The translations under genes were made by a program, and so were the position numbers. DNA of 56,591 bases, filler included, from Sphacelaria rigidula (Eukaryota), in NCBI GenBank assembly GCA_964200075.2. It is 7 parts of 7 records of this genome, joined end to end, with 100 filler letters (N's around TTAATTAATTAA, not from the genome) between each part and the next. Parts side by side here need not be neighbours in the genome. Positions count along the whole stretch, not along the records: positions 8,101 to 16,100 come from CAXNAA020012696.1; positions 16,201 to 24,199 come from CAXNAA020012697.1; 5 more parts are not named here. One strand, given 5' to 3'. Below the pieces are notes generated by a model. The model saw only the letters and a program-made list of their open reading frames with translations, searched no databases and was not told where the DNA came from. Positions 11,689-23,411 of this stretch are shown piece by piece; within the stretch, counting starts at the first letter, position 1; every line of letters begins with the position of its first letter.

Positions 11689-14600
11689 GTCCATGGTCAG
11701 CGGGAGGGCAGTAAAGGTCCAGCTCCCACACAAGCTGTTTTCCCAGGGGATGGAACACAAGCGGGTCCCAGTAGTGCGGATAGTATGGTGCCGCCCCAGC
11801 CTTCCGCTCCGGTTTCTGCAGTTCAACCCCAACTGCGGATAGCACGATGCCGCCGCAGCCTTCCGCTCCGGCTCCTGCAGATCAACCCCCAACTGGCGGC
11901 GGGACCGGCTCAGGAGTGGACGTCTCAGACAATGCCGGTATGGCGGGGTCTGCACACCGCTGAGGTTGCAGATTTTCTGGCTGAGGGTGTGGTAGGTGAC
12001 CGCAAGTAGCGATGCTGCGGGGCAGACTTGTCCGTTCCAGGTTCCACAGTCAAGAACGTTTGCCCTGTTACTGCAGTTTTGGATTCGGGGGCTGGCATCA
12101 CTATCATAGCTGAAAAAGTGACGGCCAAGTTGCGAGCAGTGTTCCCTCATGTGTCAGTTGTCACGAGCATGGCCCGTGCACACCCCGTGAAAGTAGCTGA
12201 TGGTTATAAACAGAGTATGCAGTCGAAGACGTGCCTAGTGCGCACCGCTCTGCACACCAGCTGGGGGCCGGTGGTGCTGAATCCGTGTCATTATGCGGTT
12301 ATGCCAGGTGCCGATGATGTGGTAATCCTCGGGAGCGGTACGCTGGAGGCCATGGGCATTGACGTGTACAGTGAGCTGGACGCATGCGCACGCTCAAGAC
12401 ACGCGTTGGTGAGAGGTGTAGATACGCCTGAATTCCGAGAATGTAGGCGTGTGAGCATTGCGATTGAGGCGTTACAGGATCCAGGTGGACGAGAGGAGCC
12501 CTCTGGATCCCTCCGTTGAGCGATTGATCTCGCGTGATCCCGACATGAACAATACTTCAGAGGAGGAGATCGTAGAGCGTGGTGTTGCATTGGACCATGC
12601 AGTACAGACGGCTGCGGACAAGGTTATGTCGGCGAGGGGCGTTGATAAGCTTCGGGAGGTTGTTGGGCGCCGTGTCAACCCCTTTCGGCAAGCACTGCGC
12701 GGTAATCCGCCTGCTCGTATAGAGCCAATGAGGGTAAGATTCAAATCTGGGGCCAAAGCAGTCAAGGCGAGCCCGCGGGTGTATTCCCCTGTAAAGGCAA
12801 CGTGGTTAGTAGGGTGTATTGCGACGCTGATGGTGCTTCGGCTCGTATTTCGCAGTTTACAGGCAGTGTGGGCGAGTGCGGCCATGGCAACACCGAAGAA
12901 GGGCGGTTATCGACTGGTGAGTGATTATCGCGCGGTAAACAAGCAAATTGCGAAGGTCCCGACTGTTATGCCGGACCACGAGGCGGAGATGATCGAGATG
13001 CTGGGCGCTGCGTGTTTTGGAAAGATTGATATGCTGCAGGATTACTCCATCAGGCCCATTGCTGGTGAGCGCAACTGCTGGGGAGATTTATTGTCAAGGT
13101 GGGTAAACGTTCCCGCGGTGTCTGCGCGTGCTGTGGCTGTGTTTGCGAGCGGTCAGCCTGATGAAATGCTGCCGTCGAAGAACGCTGTTCGTGAGGCCCA
13201 AGATCAGGCCCAAGCCGGGTTCGGAGTGATGGTTGCTGGATGGAGCCCCTACTTTTGCAGTAGTTGCTGGGCGAGTTTCGAAAGACGGTGAGGTTTATTT
13301 CGAGTGTATGTAGCAGGGCGGAATGTGTTGGGGATCCCGCCGCAAGCAAAAAAGCTGCAAACACGCTTGATGGTGTGTGCTCACATGAAAGAGGCGGGCC
13401 AGCGGGGTATTGTGATGACACTACAGCGGCTGCAAGAGTATTGCCGTTGGTTCCGGATGGAAGCTCATGACAGATTTTGTGAGGAAATGCTTCCATTGTG
13501 TGGACCCCAAAGCGGATGAGAAGGTCCTGCGGCCACTAGGGGAGACAATGCATGGCACACGGCCCGGTGGGATGATACATTTTGATTATCTGTACGTTGG
13601 CGAAAGTGGTCCGCTGGGCGAGAGCGGCCTGGTTGAAGGCGATGGGTACAAACACACATTTGTAATGATGGATGATCTGTGCAACTTTGCGTGGTTGGAG
13701 ACCACTGAGTCTTGTACGAGCTGCAGCGACGGTACAGCATCTGCTGGCGTGGTGCAAGGCGTTGGGTCCGCCGGAGGTCTGGGTTAGTGACACCGCGTTG
13801 CATTTCAACAACCGTGTGATGCGAGCACTGGAGAAGGCGGTGAAGTTGGACAGGAGGTTCGCGGTTCCAAACTCGCCGTGGTCAAAGAGTATGTGTGAAA
13901 GGATGATGCGAGAGGTTGTCCGTGCTTTGAAGGCCATACTGCAAGAAGAGAGGCGCGACGTTCGTGACTGGGTGGGACTGGTGCCTGCCGTACAGTGGGC
14001 ATTGAACACGGCATTCCGCAAGCGCTACGCCAGTACGCCATACCATGTGATGTTTGGACGGGCGCCGCGCACAAGTTTTTCAACCCTGGCATCGTCGACC
14101 GGCGGCGAGTGGCGACTTGATGTGCTGAATGAGGAAATGCTGCGGGAGAAGATGGCATCAGTCGTGGAGGCACAGCAAGCGTTGTTGCACAAGGAGGTGG
14201 CGCAGTGTGTTGAGAAGACCCGTGAACTGCAACGACATGTAGCTAGTTAGGGACAGTTGCCAAATTTCATGGTGGGTGATTTTGTGTTGGCTGCGAGGGT
14301 TAGACGCTCAGGAACCACGCCGAAACACGCAACTACGTGGACCGGGCCTTGGAGGATGGTGGCAGGGGAGCAAAAACATGTCTACGAGATTCAGAATATC
14401 GTGAATGGCGAGGAAAAAGACGCGCATTTCGCACGTCTTCGGTACAATGCGGACAGGGAACTAGACGTCACTGCGGATGTGAAGGAAGTGTTCCAGTATG
14501 CGTTTGCTCAAGGAGAGTTCGAGATGGAGGCGATCATCGACTTGTCCGAGGCTCAAGGCGGTGATGGGTTCGTTGTACACGTGGAATGGATAGGTTTCGG

Positions 14601-14720
14601 TAAGGACGAGAGCTCATGGGAGCCTCTGGAAACCATTTTGGAAGGAGCCCCGCAGTTTGTACGTTTTGAATTGCGTAAGTTGCGACTAAAAAAGCAGGTA
14701 CGGGCGCGTTTGCTGGCTTT
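10760..14720 (+). pseudogene. Chromodomain-bearing Ty3/Gypsy gag-pol, decayed and internally deleted
   Basis: gag with a broken CCHC knuckle (GCFDKGHNKKDC) and polyQ; protease VLDSGAG; RT start LVSDYRAVN...KIDMLQ; RNase H end NCWGDLLSRW; integrase CAH..CFHC, HFDYL, WVSD, CERMMRE, WTGPW; chromodomain FEMEAII...VEWIGFGKDESSWEPLE. Several stops and frameshifts. Confidence 0.9.
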
Positions 14721-15233
14721 CCTCGACACTCTTGCAGTACACCCGCACCAGTTCTTCGAACAAATGGACGCATCCTCCACATTCTCCTTCTGACATGAAC
14801 GAAAAACCAACCACGTGCTCGTTCAAACACGTGACAATACATACAAAAACGTGCCACCGTCAAAGATCATTGATGCATGCGCACATAATGTCTTTATCTT
14901 CAACGACCAGAAGCACTCGCGTCATACCTGCTCACATACGACGAGCCTACGCATTTCGTATCTTTCAGCTCATTTTCACGTTAACAGCAGGTGTCACCGT
15001 CTCCTAGAGTCAGTACGAGCCGACGCATTTCGTAGTTTTTGCTCATTTTTACGCTAACAGCAGCAATCTATATATCCTGCAGTCTGTAGTCAGTAAGTAC
15101 GTGCAAACCGCACGAATATGATTCGACAGTGTTCCTGCGCGAACAAGATTATACGAGCTCTTCTTCATTTAGCATACAACAGTCCATTGCAATCTGCCCC
15201 ACCCTAGGTCGTCACCAGATATATACCATTCAT

Positions 15234-15481
15234 GACACTTTTGACGATAGCCACCCCCAAAAAAGTGCATGGCTCTGGGAGGTGAAACCTTCACGTAAAT
15301 CGAAATGGGAAAAGCCGAGCACGACGAGAAGCTGGGAATTCCCCTGCTTGGGTTCGTTCTAGTCAATGTCGCCAATATAAGGCGCTTCATGCAGCCTGAA
15401 CCCGAACATCAGGCAATGTATGGTCGTTTTTCTCTTGACACTTTTAGCTGGTTTTGGGGAGGGGCTATCATAGAAAGTGTC
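15234..15481. mobile_element. MITE, 248 bp, 4-bp TSD TCAT
   Basis: TIR GACACTTTTGACGATAGCC...GGCTATCATAGAAAGTGTC, with TCAT on both sides. Confidence 0.75.
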
Positions 15482-15656
15482 TCATATCAGTACCATTCGA
15501 GCAAATATTCGCACTTGCCTGCCAAAATTCCACTCAGCATATGAAAATCCGCGCATCCATGCCAATATTTCACTCAGCACATGCAATGCGACTTCCCTTG
15601 CAGCAAACACCATGCATCGTCCGTGCCAACCAGACCAGCACAACACAAACATCCTA

Positions 15657-16100
15657 CATGAACGTTCATTAAGTCCGCCGACTGGCGGTAGGTCCGCTGA
15701 CAAGCAGCTGACACATGAAGATAGGGAAGTTTGCAGGCCTGATCAGTTTGCAGCGAACAAGACCAGCTCAAGGGGTGTTATCGTCGCGAGAAGTTGGAGA
15801 AGTAGAGCCGAGGAGGTTCTGAGGCAGTGTGCTAGGGCGGGCTGTGGTATCGCTCGTGCGTGAGGTGCGAGGGGTTGATCGACAGCTGGCGAGTCCGTGA
15901 GCGTTTCAAAAAACGCAGCGCAATCACCACTTGAGACGGGAGAATTTCGAGAGGGCTGGTTCGAGGTTGGCCAGCCGCGTTGAAGAAGAGGAGTCCAAGG
16001 GCTTCAAACACGTGGTGAGACCTGCGTGAGGAAGAGGCGCTGAGGCCTTTGTCGTTTGGTGGCCAAGCGTGTCTTGGTGATGAAAAGTTGTTGTTTCTGT
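15657..16100 (+). mobile_element. Second LTR-like copy, truncated by the contig end
   Basis: Similar to 9855-10300 but visibly diverged; lacks the TGTA start and has no purine tract directly upstream. Confidence 0.75.
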
Positions 16101-16200
16101 NNNNNNNNNNNNNNNNNNNNNNNNNNNNNNNNNNNNNNNNNNNNTTAATTAATTAANNNNNNNNNNNNNNNNNNNNNNNNNNNNNNNNNNNNNNNNNNNN

Positions 16201-16273
16201 GTCTAGAATCGTTAGGAGCCCCTGAACCAGACAAAATTTCGCGAAAAAAGTGCACCCCTACCGTAGCATCGCT
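16201..16273. mobile_element. End of a MITE of the family at 40036-40395
   Basis: CCCCTACCGTAGCATCGCT terminus; reverse complement matches 40036-40107. Confidence 0.7.
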
Positions 16274-16517
16274 CAGTTCCCTAATCGACAGCCTCCAAAT
16301 ATCCAGTGTAGGCAACTATTGAATGTGGGATCAAAACTCAGGTTGAGTGAGACGATTCACCTTGGTTGACGCGCCATTTGATCTGTTCCTAGATCATATT
16401 TGACATGTGCGACACTTGTGATCTGACAGTGAAATATGGTTGTTCTCTCACTCACATCTACACATATGCGTGTTGAAATTCCATGCTGTCCCTATTCGTG
16501 TTCAAAAACATACTCAC

Positions 16518-19500
16518 AAGCCTTGAAGAGACCCAGGGGCTCAATGGCGCGGAAGACTTGCAGAAGATCGTCGCGTCCGTACGTCGCGATGTTGTCTTCA
16601 CCCAGGATGTCTACGATGTACTGCGAGTGCACAACGAGGGAAAGAGTGCTTGAGGTCTACCCGTCACCAGGAATCTCGAGTCATCAGTCACAACTAACAA
16701 TTAGACGCGCCGTTACATGATATATACACCCTCGAAAAGGGTGTATGGCTTGACGACGGGCTTAAGCTGATTCATCGCCACCAACATGGGATGGGGTCAT
16801 CACAGGTGACCATCAACAGTACCATCGGCAGTGCTGAGTAGATAATATGTGACCCGCACATCGTGTGAAGCCCCAAAGCCGATATATACATGATGCCTTA
16901 ACAAAACTCATGCGTGGAATATATTGGAAAATTCGAAACTCAAACCTGCGGCTCTGGTCTCACCGCGGCTGATGGTTGGCTTTTGGGTTTCTCCGGGGAG
17001 TGCTTATTGCCCGAGTGCCGCAGCAAGGGATCACACGAAATCGAGGTGATAGACTTTGATCATCGGTACAGGAGGGCTTGAGACTGTCAGCACCCAAGCT
17101 TTACAGCATGATTTGCCTCTGGTTCCGAAATTGCCCTTCGTTTTTTTTCAGTCAACTACGTTCGTCCTGTCTCTTCCTTTCCGTCTTTGTTCTTTCTAGA
17201 GTTTCCTACGGTGAGCCTTTCAATTTAGTGTACCTTGAGTACCAACGTATATCTATTTGACCCCAGCTGGATCTCTCATGGAGTAGCAATTTTGCGACAT
17301 TCTGTTGGGTAGTCAATTAACGAGGCGCACCATTTTTCTGGGTTTCGTCACGTGACTCAAGAGAGAAGGAGAACATAAGGGTCGATACTTCCAGCGACCT
17401 AGCACGCTCAGCCAACAACTCAAAACATTAACAGACCCCTGCTTCAAATGCTACTATCCGATCTTGTATCCCACAACCGGTGATTTTTGTTGTGAAACAA
17501 AATACGTTATCAAGTGCTCGGGGGGGAGACATGTTTCATGAGGACGGAACAGGAAGGGACGGGACCGGACGGGAATAACGTCCCGAAGTTCGGTGACAAT
17601 CTCTGGTATGTGCCGGAATTACATCAATTTACTGTATCCGCACCTGCCAACGTATCTACATGTTACACGCGGAACTGCGGTTCGTGTGAACAATGACAAA
17701 GTTGGGAATCATGTGGATATCACAAGTTCGACTGGAACTGCGAAAAAAACAGGGAGTTATTGAACTTGGCTTGAAGAAGAGGTACTTGCGCGTTCCCTCG
17801 GTGAATGAAACTTTGGTGGACCAATCACTGATAAAAAATGTTCTTTATGAGACAAAAAAGAAAGGTAAGGCAAGCTCAACCAGGAGAGATCGCCTGCAGT
17901 ATATAAATGTGTGATCATACTCCCTTCTAAACGGTGGGTCGAATATGTTTGATTGGCCATCAGCAATCGACGTGACGCAGACGATATCACTACTCGTGAA
18001 TGAACGGCGCCAAGTCTTTCCGAATACGGTTTGGACAACAAAATCGACAAACTGAGTGGATAAATATCGATACTGACCACGAGTTATGGACGACGACTCA
18101 TTCACCTCAGAGGGGTTGTTTAGGACAGCATGCTCAGTCGTGACCTTGTGCTTGTCGCCGCTGTTTAGATCAGTAACTTTCACAATGGCTCCGCTGCCGT
18201 GCTTCAGACGAGGTCGGGTAGCGTAAACCTGGTGGTGAAGGTAGACCTTCACCCCCTGCACGTATCAAATATCAGTGCATGTTTCCGAAATCGGACCGGG
18301 CCACAGAAACTTTCAACAGCAGCACGGAGATGGGACTCGTGCTAGAAACTGGTCCTACTGATTGCCAAGGTAAATCACCAACAGCAAGGCACCGGGCGAG
18401 CATCCTCTACACAGCAGGGCCGTTAAATACTAATAATCGTCTATTCTACGGGAGTTCGTCGACGTCGGACATCCATACATCAACCCAAGACCCCAAGCGT
18501 GACCAAAACGACGCATGGGGTGCACAAGAGCATAATCGTCAATCATGGAGCTGGTTCTTGAAAAATCCACAGCACCTCGAGAACAAGTCTTATATTGATT
18601 TTGCCTCATCACAAAACAGTGGTATTATGGAAACATCCACGGACGTTCACGATGAAATGTGATGGCATACATGGCGTGTACATGATACGTCACAATATTT
18701 CACGAGCAGGGCAATGTGCTCCCACTTGCCATGGACTCGAGCTTCTCCAGAAGAAGGCCCGCGACGACATCGAATCCGATTTGCTTTCCATCATCGTCCA
18801 CAGGAACCTGAAATGAGCGTGAAGACAACAACGGTTCAGACGCGAAGTCCAGCAGCATGCAAGTTCGAATAGCATGCTCATAGGATCGTTCTCTACACCG
18901 GGGCATCCGTTGGGGTTCCGCTTCCAAAATAGTCGACTGGTCGAACCGTACTGCTATCTGTAACACTACACGACGCCGCGCAACCAACGACAGGGTTTTT
19001 TCGTGCTCAAGCGATTTACCATACATGCCCTTGTCCACGCAAACGGGAATCGCGTATCGATGGCTGGATAGAAGTCCAGATGACATTGAGCACAGTATAT
19101 GCATGGGATATGTGCATTTCGGCGCAAATCGTTGAAGATCGCGGGGCGGACTTCGCGGCGTAGCGTGTCTCGTGTACCCGATCATGGCGTGACACAAACC
19201 CAACAAGAACGGTTAGAAGTGCGCAAGCAATGTTATGTGAAAGCGAGCAACAAACGCGTGAAGCTGAACATTGAAAATTATTACGACAAGTATGAAGAAA
19301 AAAGATGTGCATGAGTTCATATGACAAACATGAGACACTTGGACAGCAACATGCAAACGGAGCATTAGCTACCTGGTGGGATCCTCCGAACCCCAGCAGC
19401 AGGCCTTCAAAGAGCATAGCGCGTAATAAATTTCAGTAGGAGATCGGAGATGGCGTTAGCGCGGGTGCAGCGGGAGCATGGCGACGGATGGACGTTATCT

Positions 19501-21424
19501 CTGCCCCCGTGAGGTGGGGAGGACCGTGGCCGCGGGACCGAACTACCTGGACCGGCAGTATCTATGTGGACAAAAAAAAAAGGTTGTGGAGGTATGTCTG
19601 CGACGACAATTAGAGGCGTTCCGCAAGTAGAATCATGTACTGTGATATCTGACGATGGTACATTATTCCTGTCTCTCTTTGCACTCGCCCGCGTGCGCTC
19701 CCATTCTGCGCATCCATCAACGGAGGGAGTCATCGGCCGTACAACCCATTACCACCACGGACAAGCCACACTCATTAGAGATACCTTCGCCATCGTGTAC
19801 GCGGAAGCCACTGTTGCAAAACAAAACCAAGAGGGTAAAATAGCGTTGCAACATCTGACGGTTCTATACAGCCATTCAATATACTAATTAGACCGTGTCT
19901 TAGCACATCATTTTTCAATCGAAAAAGTGCGGTGGAAAACAAAAATCCCGATCTGATATATCATGATTCCAACCATCTTCAAACTTAACGACGATGATTA
20001 AAATCACGACCTATCAGATCGTTTTTGTTTTTTCACCGCACAATATCGATCGAAAACTAATGTGCTGAGATACGCCCTAAGACTGGGTCTCATCGGGACA
20101 ACAGCAACAAGCACATTGAGGAACAAGCGTTCAAAGCAGCAAGTTGGTTGACCGTCGAGCCGGTCTACGGTTGCGGCGACTCGTCAAACTGCTGTTTTTG
20201 GATACTTACTCCTTTTCGTGCTTGTTTTTTCGGTCTGCATAACACGCGGCCTTAGGTCAAGGCCGTGTCTTATCGAGACCGCGACAACAAGCGTGAAAAA
20301 GAACGACAAGCGTCCAAAGCAAGATTGATGTTGATTGATCGCCGGGTGGGTACATGATTGCGGCAACTAACCAACATGCTACTTTTGAACGCTTGTTCCT
20401 TCATGCTTTCTTTTTCGGTCCCGATAAGAGACGGCCTTAGTGTAACAAAATGCCCAGGAGGTGAGAACCGAACGGTCTCTAACCATGAAGGGTTAGATAG
20501 AAAAGTCTCTACTACGAAAGGATTAGCTACCAGGTTGGGTTGTCCGCTACCAGGTTGGGCTGTCTGCTTCCAGCTTGGGCTGCCCTCAACCTATCCGCTG
20601 AAGGTTGGGCTGCCCGCTACCAGGTAGGGCTGTCCGCCACCAGCTTGGACTGTCCACTACCAGCTCGGGCTGTCCACCACCAGCTTGGGCTGTCCTTAAC
20701 CGATAATGTGTCCGTAACCCGGGAGGGGGGGGGGCTAACGTGCGACAGGGCTCCTTGTACGAAAGCTGGATGTGCAGGTCTTCATTAATGAACGGGTCGT
20801 TTTTCTCCAGAGAGTTGACAGTCAGGGCACAGCCAGGGCTCGCCCATGGCTATCACTCTCCTTCAACTCTCTCTCGCAACCACTGGTTTCACACTCCTCT
20901 GCTTCAAGAAGATAGTGTGTGTTTCATCCTGTTTTGGCCAAATAAGCGCCTGTGAAAACTATCGACTTTCTTTTTTTTCCTGCACGGCTAAAGTGAGCTG
21001 AACCGCTACTGTGCACCCTCTGCTGCTCCCTTTATCAACACAGTCGACTCAACTCGTTGGTCTTGCATCTTGTCGATAAAGTTGAATGGGTTGAATGGGC
21101 TCCTGTCTGCGGGATCGTCGAGCACTAAAGTCTGCATACATCATGTAGCACAGCCAAATTGGTTTCAGTAGTCAACAGCTGTATGCAGTGCAGGAACACA
21201 CATGGGTATATATCACTTTGGCGGAGCACACTGCTGCGACCAAATAGATACAGCATAGTCTGGATTGCGGTGGCAGCTCATGCTGGGGCTCACCATTAGC
21301 AAGGTGATCAGCGATGTCTACGACCATGTCGTGGTAGCTGACGCGGGTGAAGACATGTTCCCCTACGCTGCAGTCGTTATCGATGAAGAAGTCGTAATCC
21401 TCTTTGGTCATGCCTCCCTCCGGC
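16518..21424 (-). CDS. Flavin amine oxidase / L-amino-acid-oxidase-like protein, internal exons (21424-21294, 19404-19373, 18807-18730, 18255-18106, 16620-16518)
   Basis: All phases join: PEGGMTKEDYDFFIDND...ADHLAN-GLLLGFGGSHQ-VPVDDDGKQIGFDVVAGLLLEKLESM-GVKVYLHHQV...VTTEHAVLNNPSE-YIVDIL...FRAIEPLGLFKA. This resembles the central GF..L...L...GV.V.L...V and ADHVILA.P region of the family. Confidence 0.65.
19891..20436. mobile_element. Three adjacent PIF/Harbinger (Tourist)-like MITEs
   Basis: Hairpin units at about 19891-20077, 20081-20251 and 20261-20436 with GGCCGTGTCTTA-like TIRs and mostly TAA/TTA junctions. Confidence 0.65.
20527..20696. repeat. 20-bp minisatellite, about 8 units
   Basis: Consensus CTACCAGGTTGGGCTGTCCG. 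Confidence 0.85.
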
Positions 21425-21580
21425 CTGCCGGATATTGACGTTTTAAGGGTATATATAGGTTGGAGGCGAAGTGTGGATGACCGATAGACTAGCAGCAAAT
21501 ACGGCAGGCGTTATCTCAAGACAGGACGAGTGGACTGGGTCAGGGATGTAGGGAGGATGTATTCGTGTGAGGACGCTTAC

Positions 21581-23411
21581 TTCCGATTAGGGGGGCTATT
21601 CGGGGTAATCGGTGCGAGATTATGATCTATGGATACTATAGTCGGAGAATGTGTGGAGGATGACTACGTAGCAAGGAGTACAATCAGCTGGCCTGACAGC
21701 GCTCCTTACTCACCGGGGGTGATCTTCCTCTCCATGTGTATACCCTGAGTGCACGCATGCATTGTGAATAATACGAAATTGAGCCAACCTTCTACATATG
21801 TATGTTCCCTTGTCCAAGCTCCTGCCATACGAGCACAATTCATTAATTGAGTTTAGTTACGGCTACAGGATAACAAAGGGTGAGGAAGGGTCACATGAGC
21901 AGATGCCAAGGGGAGGCTGAAGAAACGAAGAGTAGTTTGGGGTGAGAGGGTAATCGGAGACGAGAGAGAAAGTGGAAGAAGAAGAAGAAGAAGAAGAAGA
22001 AGAAGAACAGGGCAAGATTTGGTGAGAGAAAGGTATACCAGAGGTGGTAGAAGAATACATGTAGTTTGATGTTATGACCGAAAGAGGGTGGCGTTGATCC
22101 CCCTTGTGTGCAGAACCGGAGGGGGGGGCGATTTTTTGTTATACATTCGGGACTAATGTTGTAGCAGGGCGGCTGGGGAACTCTTGGACGTTTCGTTGGA
22201 AGTGTTTTGATATTCAAACAACATTATAGAATGTTAACATTGGGCAAGGTTTTGCTTCGTGTCTTCACACGCAGCGGGTTTTACTTGGCTGTGCACTGTT
22301 CTGCTTTTTCGTGATGTATTAAAGGAAAGGTTTTGATATATTTTGCTGAGTCATCGTTGAGGCTTTTGTGCTTCCGAAACCTGGTGAAAATGGGTCAATA
22401 GAGTTGAAACACGATTTTTGTCTGCGGATTCTGCCTTGATACATTGCCGCTATCCCCAGGAAAATAATTCTGGTACAACTACACATCATGGACAGGTAAC
22501 CTCAAGGATGCGCGTAAATGCCAGAACTGTTTTTCGGACGGAGTGTTGTTTTCGAGTTGAGAATATTCTCCTCAGGAGAAAATTGTATTCGGCGCGGATT
22601 AAGAAGTTAATGAGGTTAAGTGAGAGTTCATGGGATATTTTCTTGAGGGGGCTGATTGATTTTGAATTGATCCGATTTTTGTTGGTTCTAATATCTTCCG
22701 GAAAATGTTTGGAATGAAGAGATCTGGGAGGTTTATGATTGATATGAAGATTGATATGAAGCGATCTGGATGGTTGATTGGTTGTTGTTCATTCTTGGCG
22801 GTTCGTGAAAGTTATTGCGATCATTATCCCGTTCCGATTAGGGGGGCTGTTTGGGGTAATCGGCCCGAGATTGTGATCTACGGGTGCTTCAGTCGAAGAA
22901 TTGTGTCGAGGATGACTATGTAGCAAGGAGTACAGTCAGCTGGCCTGACGGCGCTCCTTACTCGCCGAGGATGATCCTCCTCTCTATGTGTGTACACTGA
23001 GTGCACGCAAGCACTGTGAAAAATATGAAAATGGGTCAACTATCTACATATAACAGTGTATTCGTGAAATTGAGAGTAGAGGATACGATTGAGAGTGAGA
23101 AGCGGTCAATTAGTGAATGAATCGTTTCAGTTCTGGAATGCCCTACACGATGTCCAATATGCTCTCTGTAGTAGCTTGCTACTGAGGTCCTTGATATCCC
23201 TGAGTAGGACATCGACATGTAGCTGTGAGTGCACGCAAGTGATAGGGGCAAACAAAAGCACACAGAATGAAAAAGTGGCTCAGTTAAAGCGAATGATCAA
23301 AGCTACTCTCAATCAGCGCTTTACTCTTAATCTCACGAAAACGCCGTTGTATGTATATTCCCTCGTCCAAGCTCCTGTCATACAAGCAATGTCCATAACT
23401 CAATTTAGGTA
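21581..23411 (-). mobile_element. Direct-repeat-bounded element, possibly Penelope-like
   Basis: ~280-bp direct repeats (21581-21860; 22832-23411, interrupted) enclose decayed minus-strand coding sequence KNSSGIYAHP...KAESADKNRVSTLLTHF that resembles a GIY-YIG endonuclease. Confidence 0.45.
23045..23355. mobile_element. TA-flanked MITE nested in the second direct repeat
   Basis: TACATATAACAG...CCGTTGTATGTA with ~60-bp imperfect TIRs; absent from the first repeat copy; partial copy at 28365-28555. Confidence 0.75.

Noticed and set aside
21581..23411. Hammerhead ribozyme or retrozyme in the direct repeats
   Set aside because: No intact CTGANGA...GAAA core with matching stems was seen on either strand.
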